Positions 46,961 through 58,500 of a DNA stretch of 64,000 bases are shown here, piece by piece (the first letter of the stretch is position 1; the number at the start of each line of letters is the position of its first letter). The translations under genes and the position numbers were made by a program. The notes under the pieces were generated by a model, which saw nothing but the letters and a program-made list of their open reading frames with translations, was not told the origin of the DNA and searched no databases. The DNA is taken from IMG/VR virus record IMGVR_UViG_3300024327_000658; one strand, written 5' to 3'. This DNA is from an uncultured virus (IMG/VR IMGVR_UViG_3300024327_000658). Lineage: Duplodnaviria; Heunggongvirae; Uroviricota; Caudoviricetes.

Positions 46961-47358
46961 TTTTCCTTATTATTTAACATTTTTTGAAGTTCTGCAGTAC
47001 TACCAATAAATAATGCATTTGTTACTTTATTAGGTGCCACATTGACTTCTTTTGTAATGTCTTTTACTTGTTTATGTACATTTACTAAATTTTGGTTTTG
47101 TTCGCCTACAGTTTTAATCAATTGACCAACAACTTCGAACATTCTAGCATTACCGCTATCTCGTGCATCTTGCAATAAATCTTCAATGGCCTCTTGGCCC
47201 CTTTCAATAATATTGTATATGTTTTCACGAGCATATTTATAATCAGTATTCAAATCATTTGCGTTTGAATCAACCAATTTTCTTTCAATTGGGGGCTTAA
47301 TAATAGAACCAGGCGGAATTTTTAACAATTCATCTAATTTATCTTCAAAATTTTTCAT
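46957..47358 (-). CDS. gp16: Terminase small subunit (T4 gp16)
   Basis: DYKYARENIYNIIERGQEAI, ARMFEVVGQLIK, NALFIGSTAELQKML. Confidence 0.92.
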   Translation of the reverse strand: MKNFEDKLDELLKIPPGSIIKPPIERKLVDSNANDLNTDYKYARENIYNIIERGQEAIEDLLQDARDSGNARMFEVVGQLIKTVGEQNQNLVNVHKQVKDITKEVNVAPNKVTNALFIGSTAELQKMLNNKEK

Positions 47359-47369
47359 TGTTATTTATT

Positions 47370-48305
47370 TTATCCATAAACACCTGTTGCAGGATCGTAA
47401 TCAACTGGTGGATTGTAAAAAGTTATTGTAGTATTTGCATCAAAATCATCTCCCGGAGTAATATATGTATTCGCTCCTCCTTCAGGAACAACTGTAATTT
47501 TACTGATTATATTACCAAGGCCCAATTCAGTTTCACTTGCTTCGGTTATAAGATGATCTCCCGTTTCTAGTTGAAAATAATCTTCTGAAAAATTTGTACT
47601 AGATTCTAAAGACAATCTTTCAAATACTCCAGTTGAAGGCGTCTCGGGAACAGTTTCTTTAAATGCAATTTCCACTGATTTAATAATTGATTGTCCGGAT
47701 TTAATATCAGGATATATGAAACCCTTTAACATGAAATTTATTGTCCAAACAAGTGTTCTTCTGGCAGAAAATTCTCCTTCATAAGAATCCTCACTTGTTG
47801 CACTTTGAAGAACAATTGGAATATCTAACTTGATTCCCATATCGGTTAAAATATTTACGCTTACATTGAATTCTGGAGTAAAAAAGGGAAGAATTTGTTC
47901 TAATATTTGAGTACCGTCTTCAGCATTTTCTACAAACGCATATAAAGAAAAATCAAAAATGTATGGCGAAGGATTGAACATTTTTTTAATGTTTCTTTCA
48001 CCATTAATCGAATCTTTATGAGTTAATGTACCTATTGTATTTAATTTTCTAATAGGATCATAAGCTATACCAGTCATTTCAAATCCTATTCTAGGAAGTT
48101 GAATAGCAACTTGTCTGTCTAGCGAAGCATCTTGATTTATTCTTGTAAGAAATTTTTGTTTTGGTCCATAGGATATCGGTACTTTTTGACGAGATAAAAC
48201 ATTACCCCCCGAGTCCTTTTTTTCTATATTAATATCATTAAATAATGTTCCAAACAACGCAACATATTTTCTTATTGTTTGATGATAAAAAGTTTGACCT
48301 AACAT
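47370..48305 (-). CDS. gp15: Tail sheath stabilizer / tail terminator (T4 gp15)
   Basis: FYHQTIRKYVALFGTLFN, VPISYGPKQKF, QILEQILPFFTP. Confidence 0.95.
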   Translation of the reverse strand: MLGQTFYHQTIRKYVALFGTLFNDINIEKKDSGGNVLSRQKVPISYGPKQKFLTRINQDASLDRQVAIQLPRIGFEMTGIAYDPIRKLNTIGTLTHKDSINGERNIKKMFNPSPYIFDFSLYAFVENAEDGTQILEQILPFFTPEFNVSVNILTDMGIKLDIPIVLQSATSEDSYEGEFSARRTLVWTINFMLKGFIYPDIKSGQSIIKSVEIAFKETVPETPSTGVFERLSLESSTNFSEDYFQLETGDHLITEASETELGLGNIISKITVVPEGGANTYITPGDDFDANTTITFYNPPVDYDPATGVYG

Positions 48306-48329
48306 AACACTCCATAAAGATTGTAATAT

Positions 48330-48347
48330 TATTTAGTTGTATAAATA
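48330..48347. promoter_or_regulatory. Back-to-back late promoters: ACTAAATA (minus, gp15) and TATAAATA (plus, 48340-48347)
   Basis: Both motifs lie in the short divergent gap; the plus-strand one is exact consensus. Confidence 0.65.
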
Positions 48348-48352
48348 GTCTT

Positions 48353-48703
48353 ATGGCACTTACTATAAAAACTCAAGGCATCAATTTAACAATGTATCAG
48401 GGTAATAACTTTGAAAAAGTTTTTACCGCCAAAGATGCAAATAATTCAAATGTAACCATAAGCACAGGTACATGTGCTTCTGTTATGAAGAAGAACCACA
48501 CAACTACTAACACTTCTTGGATAATGTCTTTTACAGCGACAATATCTGGCAGTAATGTCACAATAACAGCTAATGCTACTCAAACAGCAAATATGACTTC
48601 TGGTTTATATGTTTATGATGTTGAATACACCCAAGTGGATGCTATAACAAAAGAAAGGATAGTAGATGGTATGATCACAATTCTTCCAGAATCTACTTCT
48701 TAA
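48353..48703 (+). CDS. Hypothetical virion-type protein
   Basis: NLTMYQG..F...TANMTSGLYVYDVE...RIVDG.I.I.P pattern of small beta-sandwich phage proteins; has a late promoter. Confidence 0.7.
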   Translation: MALTIKTQGINLTMYQGNNFEKVFTAKDANNSNVTISTGTCASVMKKNHTTTNTSWIMSFTATISGSNVTITANATQTANMTSGLYVYDVEYTQVDAITKERIVDGMITILPESTS

Positions 48704-49560
48704 TAATCTCCCTCACTAAATGGATTTGATTCAGAAAAATCAATAATAGAATCCGCTTCTGTTTCAATAGTTATATTATTTGCAGAAGCATCATTAACAA
48801 ATATTTGAGTATTTGGTGTTGTAGTTACAGTAAAATATGCACTGCTTGTATTACCGACAACATTTTGAGAGGTAGTAAAGGTGCCCACTAAATCCGTTAA
48901 TTTCAACAGTCTATCAGTAGAATTCCAAGACAACACTCTTCCCTTCGTATTTGCAGAACTTTCTGTGCTTCCAACATATACATATTCATCATCTACATAA
49001 TTTCCTGTTCCACCAGCATCCAATGATATTTCAATAGCATATGCATATTTATCTTCTATTGAGTCTATATCGTCAATTCCAGTATCAATTTTTTGATCAT
49101 CATATTGAAATAGTTCACACGTTAAATCAAATATTGGTAATTTACCAAATTGATAAAACATAGATTCATGTTCGACAAATCTAACTTCGTATAATTTTTT
49201 ATTTAAAGGAAAAAATATTACATCGCCTTCTCTTGGCCTATCATAACCAGTATCTAAATTTTCCCATCGTCTTCTAGCTACAGAAAAAACTACTTGATCT
49301 CTTATTTCTAATCCAAATCTTGAAATAAAGTCGCCCTCTCCCTCAAAACCGTCAACTGATTTAACATACATTTCTATTAAATGAGATTGGTTAAATTGTG
49401 AAATAGTATCTTCTCCCAAAAGAAGATCTTCATTCATATATTGTCTTGGAAGGTAATAGTTATCCACACCAAAATTTTTTATCGATTCTATAATCAAATC
49501 TTGATGTAAATTTTGTTCTGATGTATTGTGTAGATGATTAAAATAAGAATTAGTAGGCAT
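48700..49560 (-). CDS. gp14: Neck protein (T4 gp14)
   Basis: EQNLHQDLIIESIK, YLPR, RPREGDVIFFP, FVEHE..FYQ.GK, DFSESNPF. Confidence 0.95.
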   Translation of the reverse strand: MPTNSYFNHLHNTSEQNLHQDLIIESIKNFGVDNYYLPRQYMNEDLLLGEDTISQFNQSHLIEMYVKSVDGFEGEGDFISRFGLEIRDQVVFSVARRRWENLDTGYDRPREGDVIFFPLNKKLYEVRFVEHESMFYQFGKLPIFDLTCELFQYDDQKIDTGIDDIDSIEDKYAYAIEISLDAGGTGNYVDDEYVYVGSTESSANTKGRVLSWNSTDRLLKLTDLVGTFTTSQNVVGNTSSAYFTVTTTPNTQIFVNDASANNITIETEADSIIDFSESNPFSEGDY

Positions 49561-50564
49561 TATCCTGGACCAACCATAAAGTCAACTGGTAATTCATATT
49601 TAAGAGATGCTTGTTCTTCTGTATCTCTCAATTCTTGATTTGCTTCTTCAAATAAGGTTCTCCCATTTAATGTGGTTCCTCCGGGAAGCTGTACCCCTTC
49701 ATATTTTATTAAATTAGCCCCCCACTGTCTTTTAAAAAGGGCTGTAATATATCTTTTTAAAAACATATCATTATATACATCTGCAAATGCAGTAGGATCA
49801 ATTATTCTATATGCTTCTACTACAAGATATTCATCGACTTCAAGATCATTTTCCCAATCTAAGTCTATGTACAATCGATTTTGATGTCTATTAAATCGTA
49901 GAGGTTTTTTTCCTACGAACATGTCATTCAACAATTGTAAATGTTGCATTGACATTTTATAATTTATTATAGAAGTAGCAGTAAGATAAGGCATTTCATT
50001 TAAATGAAATTGATATCTAAATGAAAACATACTGCTTGATAATTGCCCCCCGCCAGTATCTTGTATATCAAAAATACCAGTCACACCAATTATGGAGTCA
50101 TTTAATGTAATATAATGATTATCCATATCACCAAAAGTAACTAACGATGCATCAGTATCGGCTACTGCGGCCGTCCCACTTGAACTTCCAGTTATCGTTT
50201 CAGCATTTGAAAAACTAGATGTAACATCATTATTTGAAATTCCATTCGTATCGTTATGTGATTTGAATGTTATAATAGTAGAATTTGCCGAAACTACAGT
50301 TGCAGTTGCATTTGATGTTCCACCAGTTATTGTCTCGCCATCAGTAAAACCTGTTCCAGAAATAATTTTAACAGTTGAGCCAGTAATTTGATGTATATTA
50401 TACATTCTTTCAACACCATCAAAATGATATTCTTGAAAAAATTGTAACCCCTCATCAATTCGATCTTCTAATTGATCATCTTCTACATTTATTTCAATAA
50501 CCGGTTGCCCTAATGTTCTAAGACAATATTGTTTTAACTCTTCTCTTGTACTAGGTTTTGCCAT
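49560..50564 (-). CDS. gp13: Neck protein (T4 gp13) with an inserted beta domain
   Basis: LKQYCLRTLGQPVIEINV, YHFDG, KRQWGANLIKY.GVQLPGG.TLNG. Confidence 0.95.
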   Translation of the reverse strand: MAKPSTREELKQYCLRTLGQPVIEINVEDDQLEDRIDEGLQFFQEYHFDGVERMYNIHQITGSTVKIISGTGFTDGETITGGTSNATATVVSANSTIITFKSHNDTNGISNNDVTSSFSNAETITGSSSGTAAVADTDASLVTFGDMDNHYITLNDSIIGVTGIFDIQDTGGGQLSSSMFSFRYQFHLNEMPYLTATSIINYKMSMQHLQLLNDMFVGKKPLRFNRHQNRLYIDLDWENDLEVDEYLVVEAYRIIDPTAFADVYNDMFLKRYITALFKRQWGANLIKYEGVQLPGGTTLNGRTLFEEANQELRDTEEQASLKYELPVDFMVGPG

Positions 50565-50571
50565 TTTTATC

Positions 50572-52293
50572 TTAATTAGTATTTACAATTGATCCACCAG
50601 TATCCCTTACTCCTAATAGATAAATTGCTGTAGTAGGATGTTGTGTGGTGAGAAACCCCCCGTGGGTACCTGTCCAAATTGATCCGTTTGCTGTGACTGC
50701 AAACATATCAGCAGACGAATTTGCAACTGTAAGAATTTTTGTTGTCGCTGTGGTAGATAATCCTTTAACCAATAAAGAAGTACCAGTCGCACTAGTACTA
50801 GTTGAAAGAAATTCACCCAATGGTTCTGTATGAGCCTGATCAGACCAAATATTTATTCCTGGTTTATCTGCATTCTGTATAACACTAATTCCTATTCCTG
50901 CATCTGTTGTAACTCTTAGTCCCATTGTTCCAGTAGCACCTGTTGCATCTTGTACTATATCAAGAATTGCTCTAGCATTTGTTGAACTATTATTATCTGT
51001 AAGTTTTATCAAAGAACCATTGGCCGCATGTGAAGTACCAGTACCCAATCCATGATGTAATGAAAGTACATGACCCGTTTGAAATGAATCAGCATTAATG
51101 TCAAAAACATTTGCGGTTGTTTGAGCCGCATCAATTGAAACTCCCATTTGGTCTACATCGTTTAAGTCTAAATACATTCCAGCTATTCCATCAGTCGAAC
51201 CAACATTTACATGTAATTTACCACCTTGAGATCCGATAGTGTCTCCGCCAGCAAGTTGCATATATCCACCATAATCATTACCGAATTCCACCGTATTAGC
51301 ACCATCTGTAACTATATGCAAACTATCTGTTGAGTGATTATATACAAATCCTCCAGCATCAACATTATCAGGATCACCAAATGCAATAACACTATTTGAT
51401 ACATTATTTGAAAGTAGAGTCAATCCAACCGCAGTATTACCTTCTATCACCATCTCATCAGCAACAGCCGATACTGCGGTTGCTGTCTGTAAACCTTCTG
51501 CAAAATCTGTTCTTATGTGCAATCTACCTTTAGATGAAGTTGCAAGAGTTGGACTTGTCGTATATTCTGGAAAATTACCAATAGCAACATTAGAAGATCC
51601 TACATCTGTACCAAAAATAGGCCCGGTATTTGTTACAAGAACTGATGCACTATTTACGGATATATTTGCAGAATGCATAAATCCTCCAATAGAATATGCA
51701 TTACTATATGTTCCATTAGAAAATGTTGCGCCAGTAAATAAATGAGGACCCGGAGAAGACACTGTAACAACTTTATCAGAAGCCGTAATATTAACGTTTA
51801 CTTCATTAATTGTTCCACCGTCAATTGTGACAAGGGAAACTGTACCTAAATCGGCAACCGTTGCACCCGTAAGTGTGATTACAGATGATCCATTTGCATT
51901 GAAATTTCGACCATTTAAATTTATTTCACATTCATTTATTTGGGCTCTTTCAATTTTACTATCGGGACTAGCTCCAGAAATAGTTGCACCAGCATCTTCA
52001 ACTAACGCAAATTTATCAACAGTTCCAATATCAGTAACCGCGGCACCAGTAAAATCTACAATACCCCCAGTAAATATTAATCTAGAACCCGTTACATTTG
52101 ACCCCGTGACAATATTTGCTGATATTGTGTTGATTAAAAACCCACCCAAAGAATTAGCAGAAATCAAATTAGATGTAGGATTTTCATCTGAATGCTCATT
52201 CAATACGGTGATAATTTGATTGGTTTTCAGGCGCCATTGCTCAAAAGTGTTAACCAATTCTACACTAGTAATACTAGTATCAGATATTGCCAT
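50572..52293 (-). CDS. Fibre/whisker-like structural protein
   Basis: N-terminal NTFEQWRLKTN motif; Thr/Ser/Gly-rich beta repeats; sits at the fibritin-like position before gp13. Confidence 0.65.
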   Translation of the reverse strand: MAISDTSITSVELVNTFEQWRLKTNQIITVLNEHSDENPTSNLISANSLGGFLINTISANIVTGSNVTGSRLIFTGGIVDFTGAAVTDIGTVDKFALVEDAGATISGASPDSKIERAQINECEINLNGRNFNANGSSVITLTGATVADLGTVSLVTIDGGTINEVNVNITASDKVVTVSSPGPHLFTGATFSNGTYSNAYSIGGFMHSANISVNSASVLVTNTGPIFGTDVGSSNVAIGNFPEYTTSPTLATSSKGRLHIRTDFAEGLQTATAVSAVADEMVIEGNTAVGLTLLSNNVSNSVIAFGDPDNVDAGGFVYNHSTDSLHIVTDGANTVEFGNDYGGYMQLAGGDTIGSQGGKLHVNVGSTDGIAGMYLDLNDVDQMGVSIDAAQTTANVFDINADSFQTGHVLSLHHGLGTGTSHAANGSLIKLTDNNSSTNARAILDIVQDATGATGTMGLRVTTDAGIGISVIQNADKPGINIWSDQAHTEPLGEFLSTSTSATGTSLLVKGLSTTATTKILTVANSSADMFAVTANGSIWTGTHGGFLTTQHPTTAIYLLGVRDTGGSIVNTN

Positions 52294-52510
52294 CTCTATC
52301 CTTACTTAATAATTTTAAAATTTTATTTACATTTTGTTGTATATTAATTATTTCATACTTTAAATTATTTATTTCCGCTTCATTAGACATTATCGTATTT
52401 GTTTGTAATACTTTATGCCTATGTTTCAATAAAGCCTGTTGGTCCGTTGCAATAAGCGCATTAGAATAACCATCTCTGTGATATCTTGGATCATCTGTTT
52501 TTATTATCAA
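52280..52510 (-). CDS. Small hypothetical protein with a C-terminal coiled coil
   Basis: RDGYSNALIATD...EINNLKYEI...ILKLL. Confidence 0.65.
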   Translation of the reverse strand: MIIKTDDPRYHRDGYSNALIATDQQALLKHRHKVLQTNTIMSNEAEINNLKYEIINIQQNVNKILKLLSKDRDGNI

Positions 52511-55500
52511 GGAGCGCCCTCACTATCAAGAGCAATTGCACGTAAATTGATTAATTTAGGGATTCCTATAAAAGTATCTTGTGCAACTCTATCTAAAGTC
52601 ATAACCAACTTAATCGCAAACGTTCTAAATTTTTCATATTTTCCACCAGTTGCAGATATATAAGCAATTTTTTCATCTATAGTCTTAAATTCAAATCGTT
52701 TAAAATCATTTTCATTTAATGAGTAAGTAGCGCTTGCTGTTTTTTGCTCCATAAGAAACCAGGGTTTTTCATCAAAAGATTCAGAATCATCCCCCGAAAG
52801 AACTTTATAATAAACATAAATGTTAGATCCTCTTGGCTTATATGCATCCATATACACTTTAAGATCCATTGCATCAAAACCCTCTTCTAATGTTACCCGT
52901 CTTGAAATATATCTAGCTTTTAAATTACCACCAGAAGAAAATGATACCACATTAGCTGGTTGAATATTTACACTATTATTAGCGCCTTCACCAACAATAT
53001 CAACAACTGCGGTTGTCGTTCTTCGTACATTATCAGAAATAGAACTCGTTCCGTTAATATCCCAGTTAGTAATAGTTGGTGTAGAAATATATCCTGAACC
53101 ACCATGCTTAACAGTAACTTGATTTATAATACCATTTGCATGTACATTAGCGGCTATTGTTGCGGTATTTGAACCAATATCAGGAGCAGACACTACAAAC
53201 ACGCTTGTATTACCTTCTGATGACACATTACTGGTTATACTTCCGACTTCCGCGGTGTAATAACCAGTACCAAAATCAGACACAACAATATCAGAATTTG
53301 ATAAACTTCCATTGTTAATAAGATTTTCAATAGTAATAACACCTGTTCTTGTCTCATCTAATATTGGAGATAGTAAAGTGTTTGCAGATTCAAAATAAAC
53401 ATTAATTGTAAAACTGCTATTTGCGACTTGTGGATATGTAATTTGTTTTTGTTTTTTGAAATCAACATTTTTATTTTCTTTAAAATGCACTCCAACATTT
53501 TTTGTTATTCCCGCTAAATCTGTTGCATGATAATTAAAACTTGTATATGTGTTTGCAAAGCTGGTTATTTCTGTCGATAATTTAAAAGTATCTATAGTTG
53601 TATTTGAACTCGTGTTTCCACTTGACACATCAAAATTATCTAATCTGGCATATGCATTCGCTGAGGTAAATTCACATCTATTCAATTGAAACATTAAACC
53701 TTGATCCGGTAATTCTTCCCAAACACCTACATTTGATGGATTGAAAAAACTTCCAACATAAGGCTGTTTTGTTATTTTCTTAGAAGTTCCAGTATGATAA
53801 GCACCATATTCAAATCCATAAAGTTTATATGCACTACTATTGGTTTGTACACAAATTGAATATTCGTCTGGAGCAAGAAAAATAGGATGATCAAATTTAA
53901 ACATCGTTCTTGTACCCCTATCGGTATTGCTTCTATTTGCAGTATATGAATTCCCTAAAAATCCGTCAGGAAATCCTCCACTAGTATTTGCGATAGGAGT
54001 ATTTGTATTTGCAGTAATTCTTCCAGGAGATAAAACAACCTCGCTTCCGGGTATAATCAAGGAAGTGCTTGGCATTCCATTAATCATAGGTCTGATCTGT
54101 AGACTTACGGGAGATTTAATTCCCTGTGAAGCGTCTTTTCCACTAAAAAACAAAGTTACAGAATCAAGAAAAACACCTGTAGAATATTGATTTTTATCAA
54201 TAAAAAAAGACTGAGACATAGGGTTCATATAATCGGTAGACGTTGATTGTCTTCCGTCAGAAGTAGATCTTGTTATTCTTTCTTCTTTAATGTTTTCTCG
54301 TCTAGAAATTAAAGGTCTAGGCGAAACAATTCCTAAATCAGTTTTAGCATCAATCACTCCTGCTGAATGAAAAATTTCTTCGGCAACTGAGGTTGTAATA
54401 GCGGGAATATTGTCAGGATCATCTGTTAATCTAAAAAGATTTTGTGAACCAGCAAACTTACCAGAAGGAACATTGAAAACGCCCCCTACAACACCTTCAG
54501 AAGAAACTGTTAATTGAGAATCTTCAAAATTATAATGGGAAATAGCAGAAATAGAACCGTTTGCTTGTGTCCTGTCTCCTTGGATTACGGTCCCAATAGT
54601 AAAAGAAGTTTGGGCCGACATATCCGTAAGTAAAACAGTACAATTATTTTGATTGTTTCTATCGCTCATGTAAATAATTTTAGCAGTATTGCTGGCATTT
54701 ACTCCAGAGCCCTGAATTGTAACTTGTTCAAAATTTCCCGAAGTCGTTCTAAATACATTAGACGAACTTACGTTTGATAAACTCACGATTGAGGCTTGCT
54801 TTACATTAGCCGACATATTGCTATCAGCAAAATAAGCATAAACATTTTTATTTGGCTTCAATCCTTTAGCAATAAAAGTTATTGATTGTTCTCTTACCTT
54901 TGGAACTATGCTTAAATTGACTGTTTTATTTCCGATAGATTTAATTATTTTTTCCGGTACACTTCCTGTACTCAATCCAGTCAATGTTTTAGTTTGATCT
55001 GTTGTTTTTGCTCTTCTATCATTATTTCTTACATCACCGGTGTCTCTTATGCCTTCTTTAACATTGTTATTAATTTGAGTTCCTGACCAAATTTCCTCCC
55101 AATCATTCCAATGAGTCCCGTGTCCATTATATGTTAATTCAGAAGAAGTCCAATTATCATATTGACCTTCAACGTTAACCTTTACTTGCACTAAACTACT
55201 TTGATCATACCACACATCACCATACGGATCTAGTTTCATTTGTCCTATATAATTCTGAACGGAGAATGGATTTATTTGAAAAGTTTTTTGGACATTTTTA
55301 CCATCATTCGTTCCTGTAAGAGGCATTTGTATAAACGTATTTGAAGAAAACGGTAATGTTAATATTCCGGAATTATTTACTAAAGTTGAAAAAGCGGTTC
55401 CACCTTCAGAATTTGCATTAAAATTTAATGGATATAAATCTGAACTAAAGGATGGTCTTAATTGTCTCTTATCGTAGTCAATTGACATAGAATAATCTTT

Positions 55501-58500
55501 ATTAAAAACATCCCCGACACTATGTCCCGCAAATGGGTCTACAAGAATTCCATTTTTAAACCGATCATTATTATTAGAATCAGTAATGATTAATCCGTCT
55601 GCTTCTTTTTCCAATAAGCTAAGAGAAACATAATATTCGAGATTTTCAATTCTTCTTTCGAGCTTACCGACATCTCTCATCGTAAATCTCTTATTTTCAA
55701 CATAATTTAATTTTACATCTTCTGCATTAAAAGTATATGCTGGTATTTCAAGATTATACAGTGTCATTGAATCTTCATTATCAGGAGGCAATTGCGAAAA
55801 TTTATCAGAAACTCCTTCAATAACATCGAATGTTTTATCTCTATTTAATACAATTTTATCTTTTCTTGAAATATAATATTCATAATCTGCATTAAATGTA
55901 TAATCATAATCAGGCATTGCTTTTTCATTAAATACATTAGATGTTGCTGTAATATCATTGATTTGCGAACTAGTTCCATCAGATGTTTCATATCCTATTC
56001 GTTTAGGCCTAAAATCGATCATATCTCGTAGTTCAACTTTTGTCCCAGTCGTTGGACTCGTATATGAAGGAATATTATCATATAGCGTATTGCCAGAACC
56101 AGCATACATATAAGAATCAACAGTAAAGGGACCATAACCTGTGTGATTATAATAATCAACGATTGCTATTACTTGACCACTTGGTTTTTGTTCTCCGGTT
56201 TTTAACGTTATGGTTCCATAATCATAATAATTGTCTTTTTGACCATTATCAAATATAAAGCTACTAGATATATTATGAGCATTTGCAGTATTAGACATAG
56301 CCTCAGATATCATAGCATTTGTAACTTCAACATCTTCATCTAACGAAGATACAATTGCGACTAAGTTTTTAATATCAGATATTTTTAAACTGTTAGTCAC
56401 ACTAGGCTGAGCATTTATCGATGTTCCGAAATAAATTTGACCAGAATCTGCCTGAACGGTATTTGTCGAAGAAGATGTTATATTAGCAACTGTAACATTT
56501 CCTGATACTAGGGTTTTTGTACCAATACCATCATTTGATCTTGTTGCTCCTGCTCCTTTAAACATCATTGTAGCATAAACATATATATTTTTGTTTGAAT
56601 AGTTTGACGAACCTGCTCCACCATCCACATTCATGATCAATTGATCTCCAGTCTCGTTTAAGGTCATCGATCTATTGGTTCCCACCGAAGTACCTGAAGC
56701 ATTACTAAATTCAATATAATCACCTTCTTTGTTTCCAAGGCTGGCTTCAGTACAAAAAACCAAATAATTTGAATCTATAATAGATGGAGAAATTGCTCCT
56801 GCACCAGTTGCAGGATAAAACAGTTCTCCTGGTTCTGAAGCCGTTAGAGTTACAGTATTACCCGTGAGGGTCGTTGTAAATGATCTTTTTAATTTATAAC
56901 TAGCCTTTGACAAGCCTGCAAGTGTTTTATTTTGAAAAGGAAATACTAATGATCTTTGGTCTTCATTATTATCAAATAGAACAGTGTTTCCCGTTTCAGT
57001 TATATCATTTTTACCACTAATATCAATATTCATAGCATTATCAATAACTGTTGGTGTACCAGCCGTTGTTGTCACAATAGAACTAATATCTTTAACACCA
57101 AAATTTAAAGAATAAGTTGTAGTAGCTTGAGTTGGTTGGGTCAATTCACTATTTAAAACGGCAGTATATGCAGTCGCCGGAGTTAAAGTTGTGCTAGCCC
57201 CAGTCCAAACAATAATCTCTCTAGTATCAGAAGTATTAACCCCCAAATAAGCAGTATTAACCGTTATTGTTGATCCAAACAAACAATTCACTGTAGGATA
57301 AGAAAATGCACCAGTCGTTGGTAATTTAATTTGAAAAGTATTTGCATCAGCGGCGCTTACAGTACCCTCAGTTTTATTAAATATAAAATCAAATAAATGA
57401 GCATCGTATATTGCAGGATATTTTATATGATAAGTACCGTTTGCATCAGCACCGTACCCATATTCTGAGGTTACAGTAGACGATCTTCCTGATTTAAAAT
57501 CAAGTTGTCTTAATCTTACTGTTCCTATTTTTGTATTTGCTACCGATGCGGCTGTAGTAGTATCAATACCTACGTATTTGAATGCTCCATTAGATATAAA
57601 AGAAATGCCATTTGATGTTACTGTTCCATGAAGTTGAGTTGTTGAAGGCCACTTAACTAAATGTAAATCCATTAAGTCGGCCCCAGTACCCCCAGACATT
57701 GAGTTAATAGATGCAGAATTTACACCTAAAGTAAAAGCAGTATTGGAGATAACATCTGTTACAACTGCATATGGCCCAAATTCAATCCCCTGTTTCTCTG
57801 CTGAAACTGTTTCTGTATCTCTGGCTTTATTTAAATTCACATATGTAGGGAATAAAGTTTCATGTTCAAATCCTTTAATATATGCTTTTCCTGGACTTAA
57901 TTCCGCGGTTATTTTTGAAGAAACACCAATTCGTTGATTGATTCCCCCATCACCTAAAACCGTTCCAGTTGTTAATGTAAGAGACGTAGTATTTCCTATA
58001 GCGGCAACTTCTGCGGTTTTTCCAGTATTACCAGAAAAGAATATAGTATCGCCGACATTTACATCTGCTATAAAATTTGAACCATTAGCCGTAATAATCG
58101 AACTTGCATTTGTTGATGTTCTGTCACTTGCTGTTCCTCCGATTTTATGATCAATAACATCAAGTACAAATGGTTTAACCGTAAAATCACCAGAAGCATC
58201 AAATGTTCTTCTTGCTAAAACCTTTTCAAGATTTCCCATTATGGGAAATTTTATTTCTTCTATTTTTTCACCATTTTCTAATCTTAATAGTTCAATAAAA
58301 TTAATATCCGAACTTCTAGCAATGGGATCAATCACACCTGTTATATATACAGGAGTTCCAGTAGCAGGGGTTGATGGACTACCCTGTATCAAATAAGAAA
58401 ATTCTGTAGTAGATCCGATTGCTGAAATTGTGTGTTTTCCATTATATTCTAATTCAGATATACCTGACACAACTACAACATCACCAATAGATAAATTATG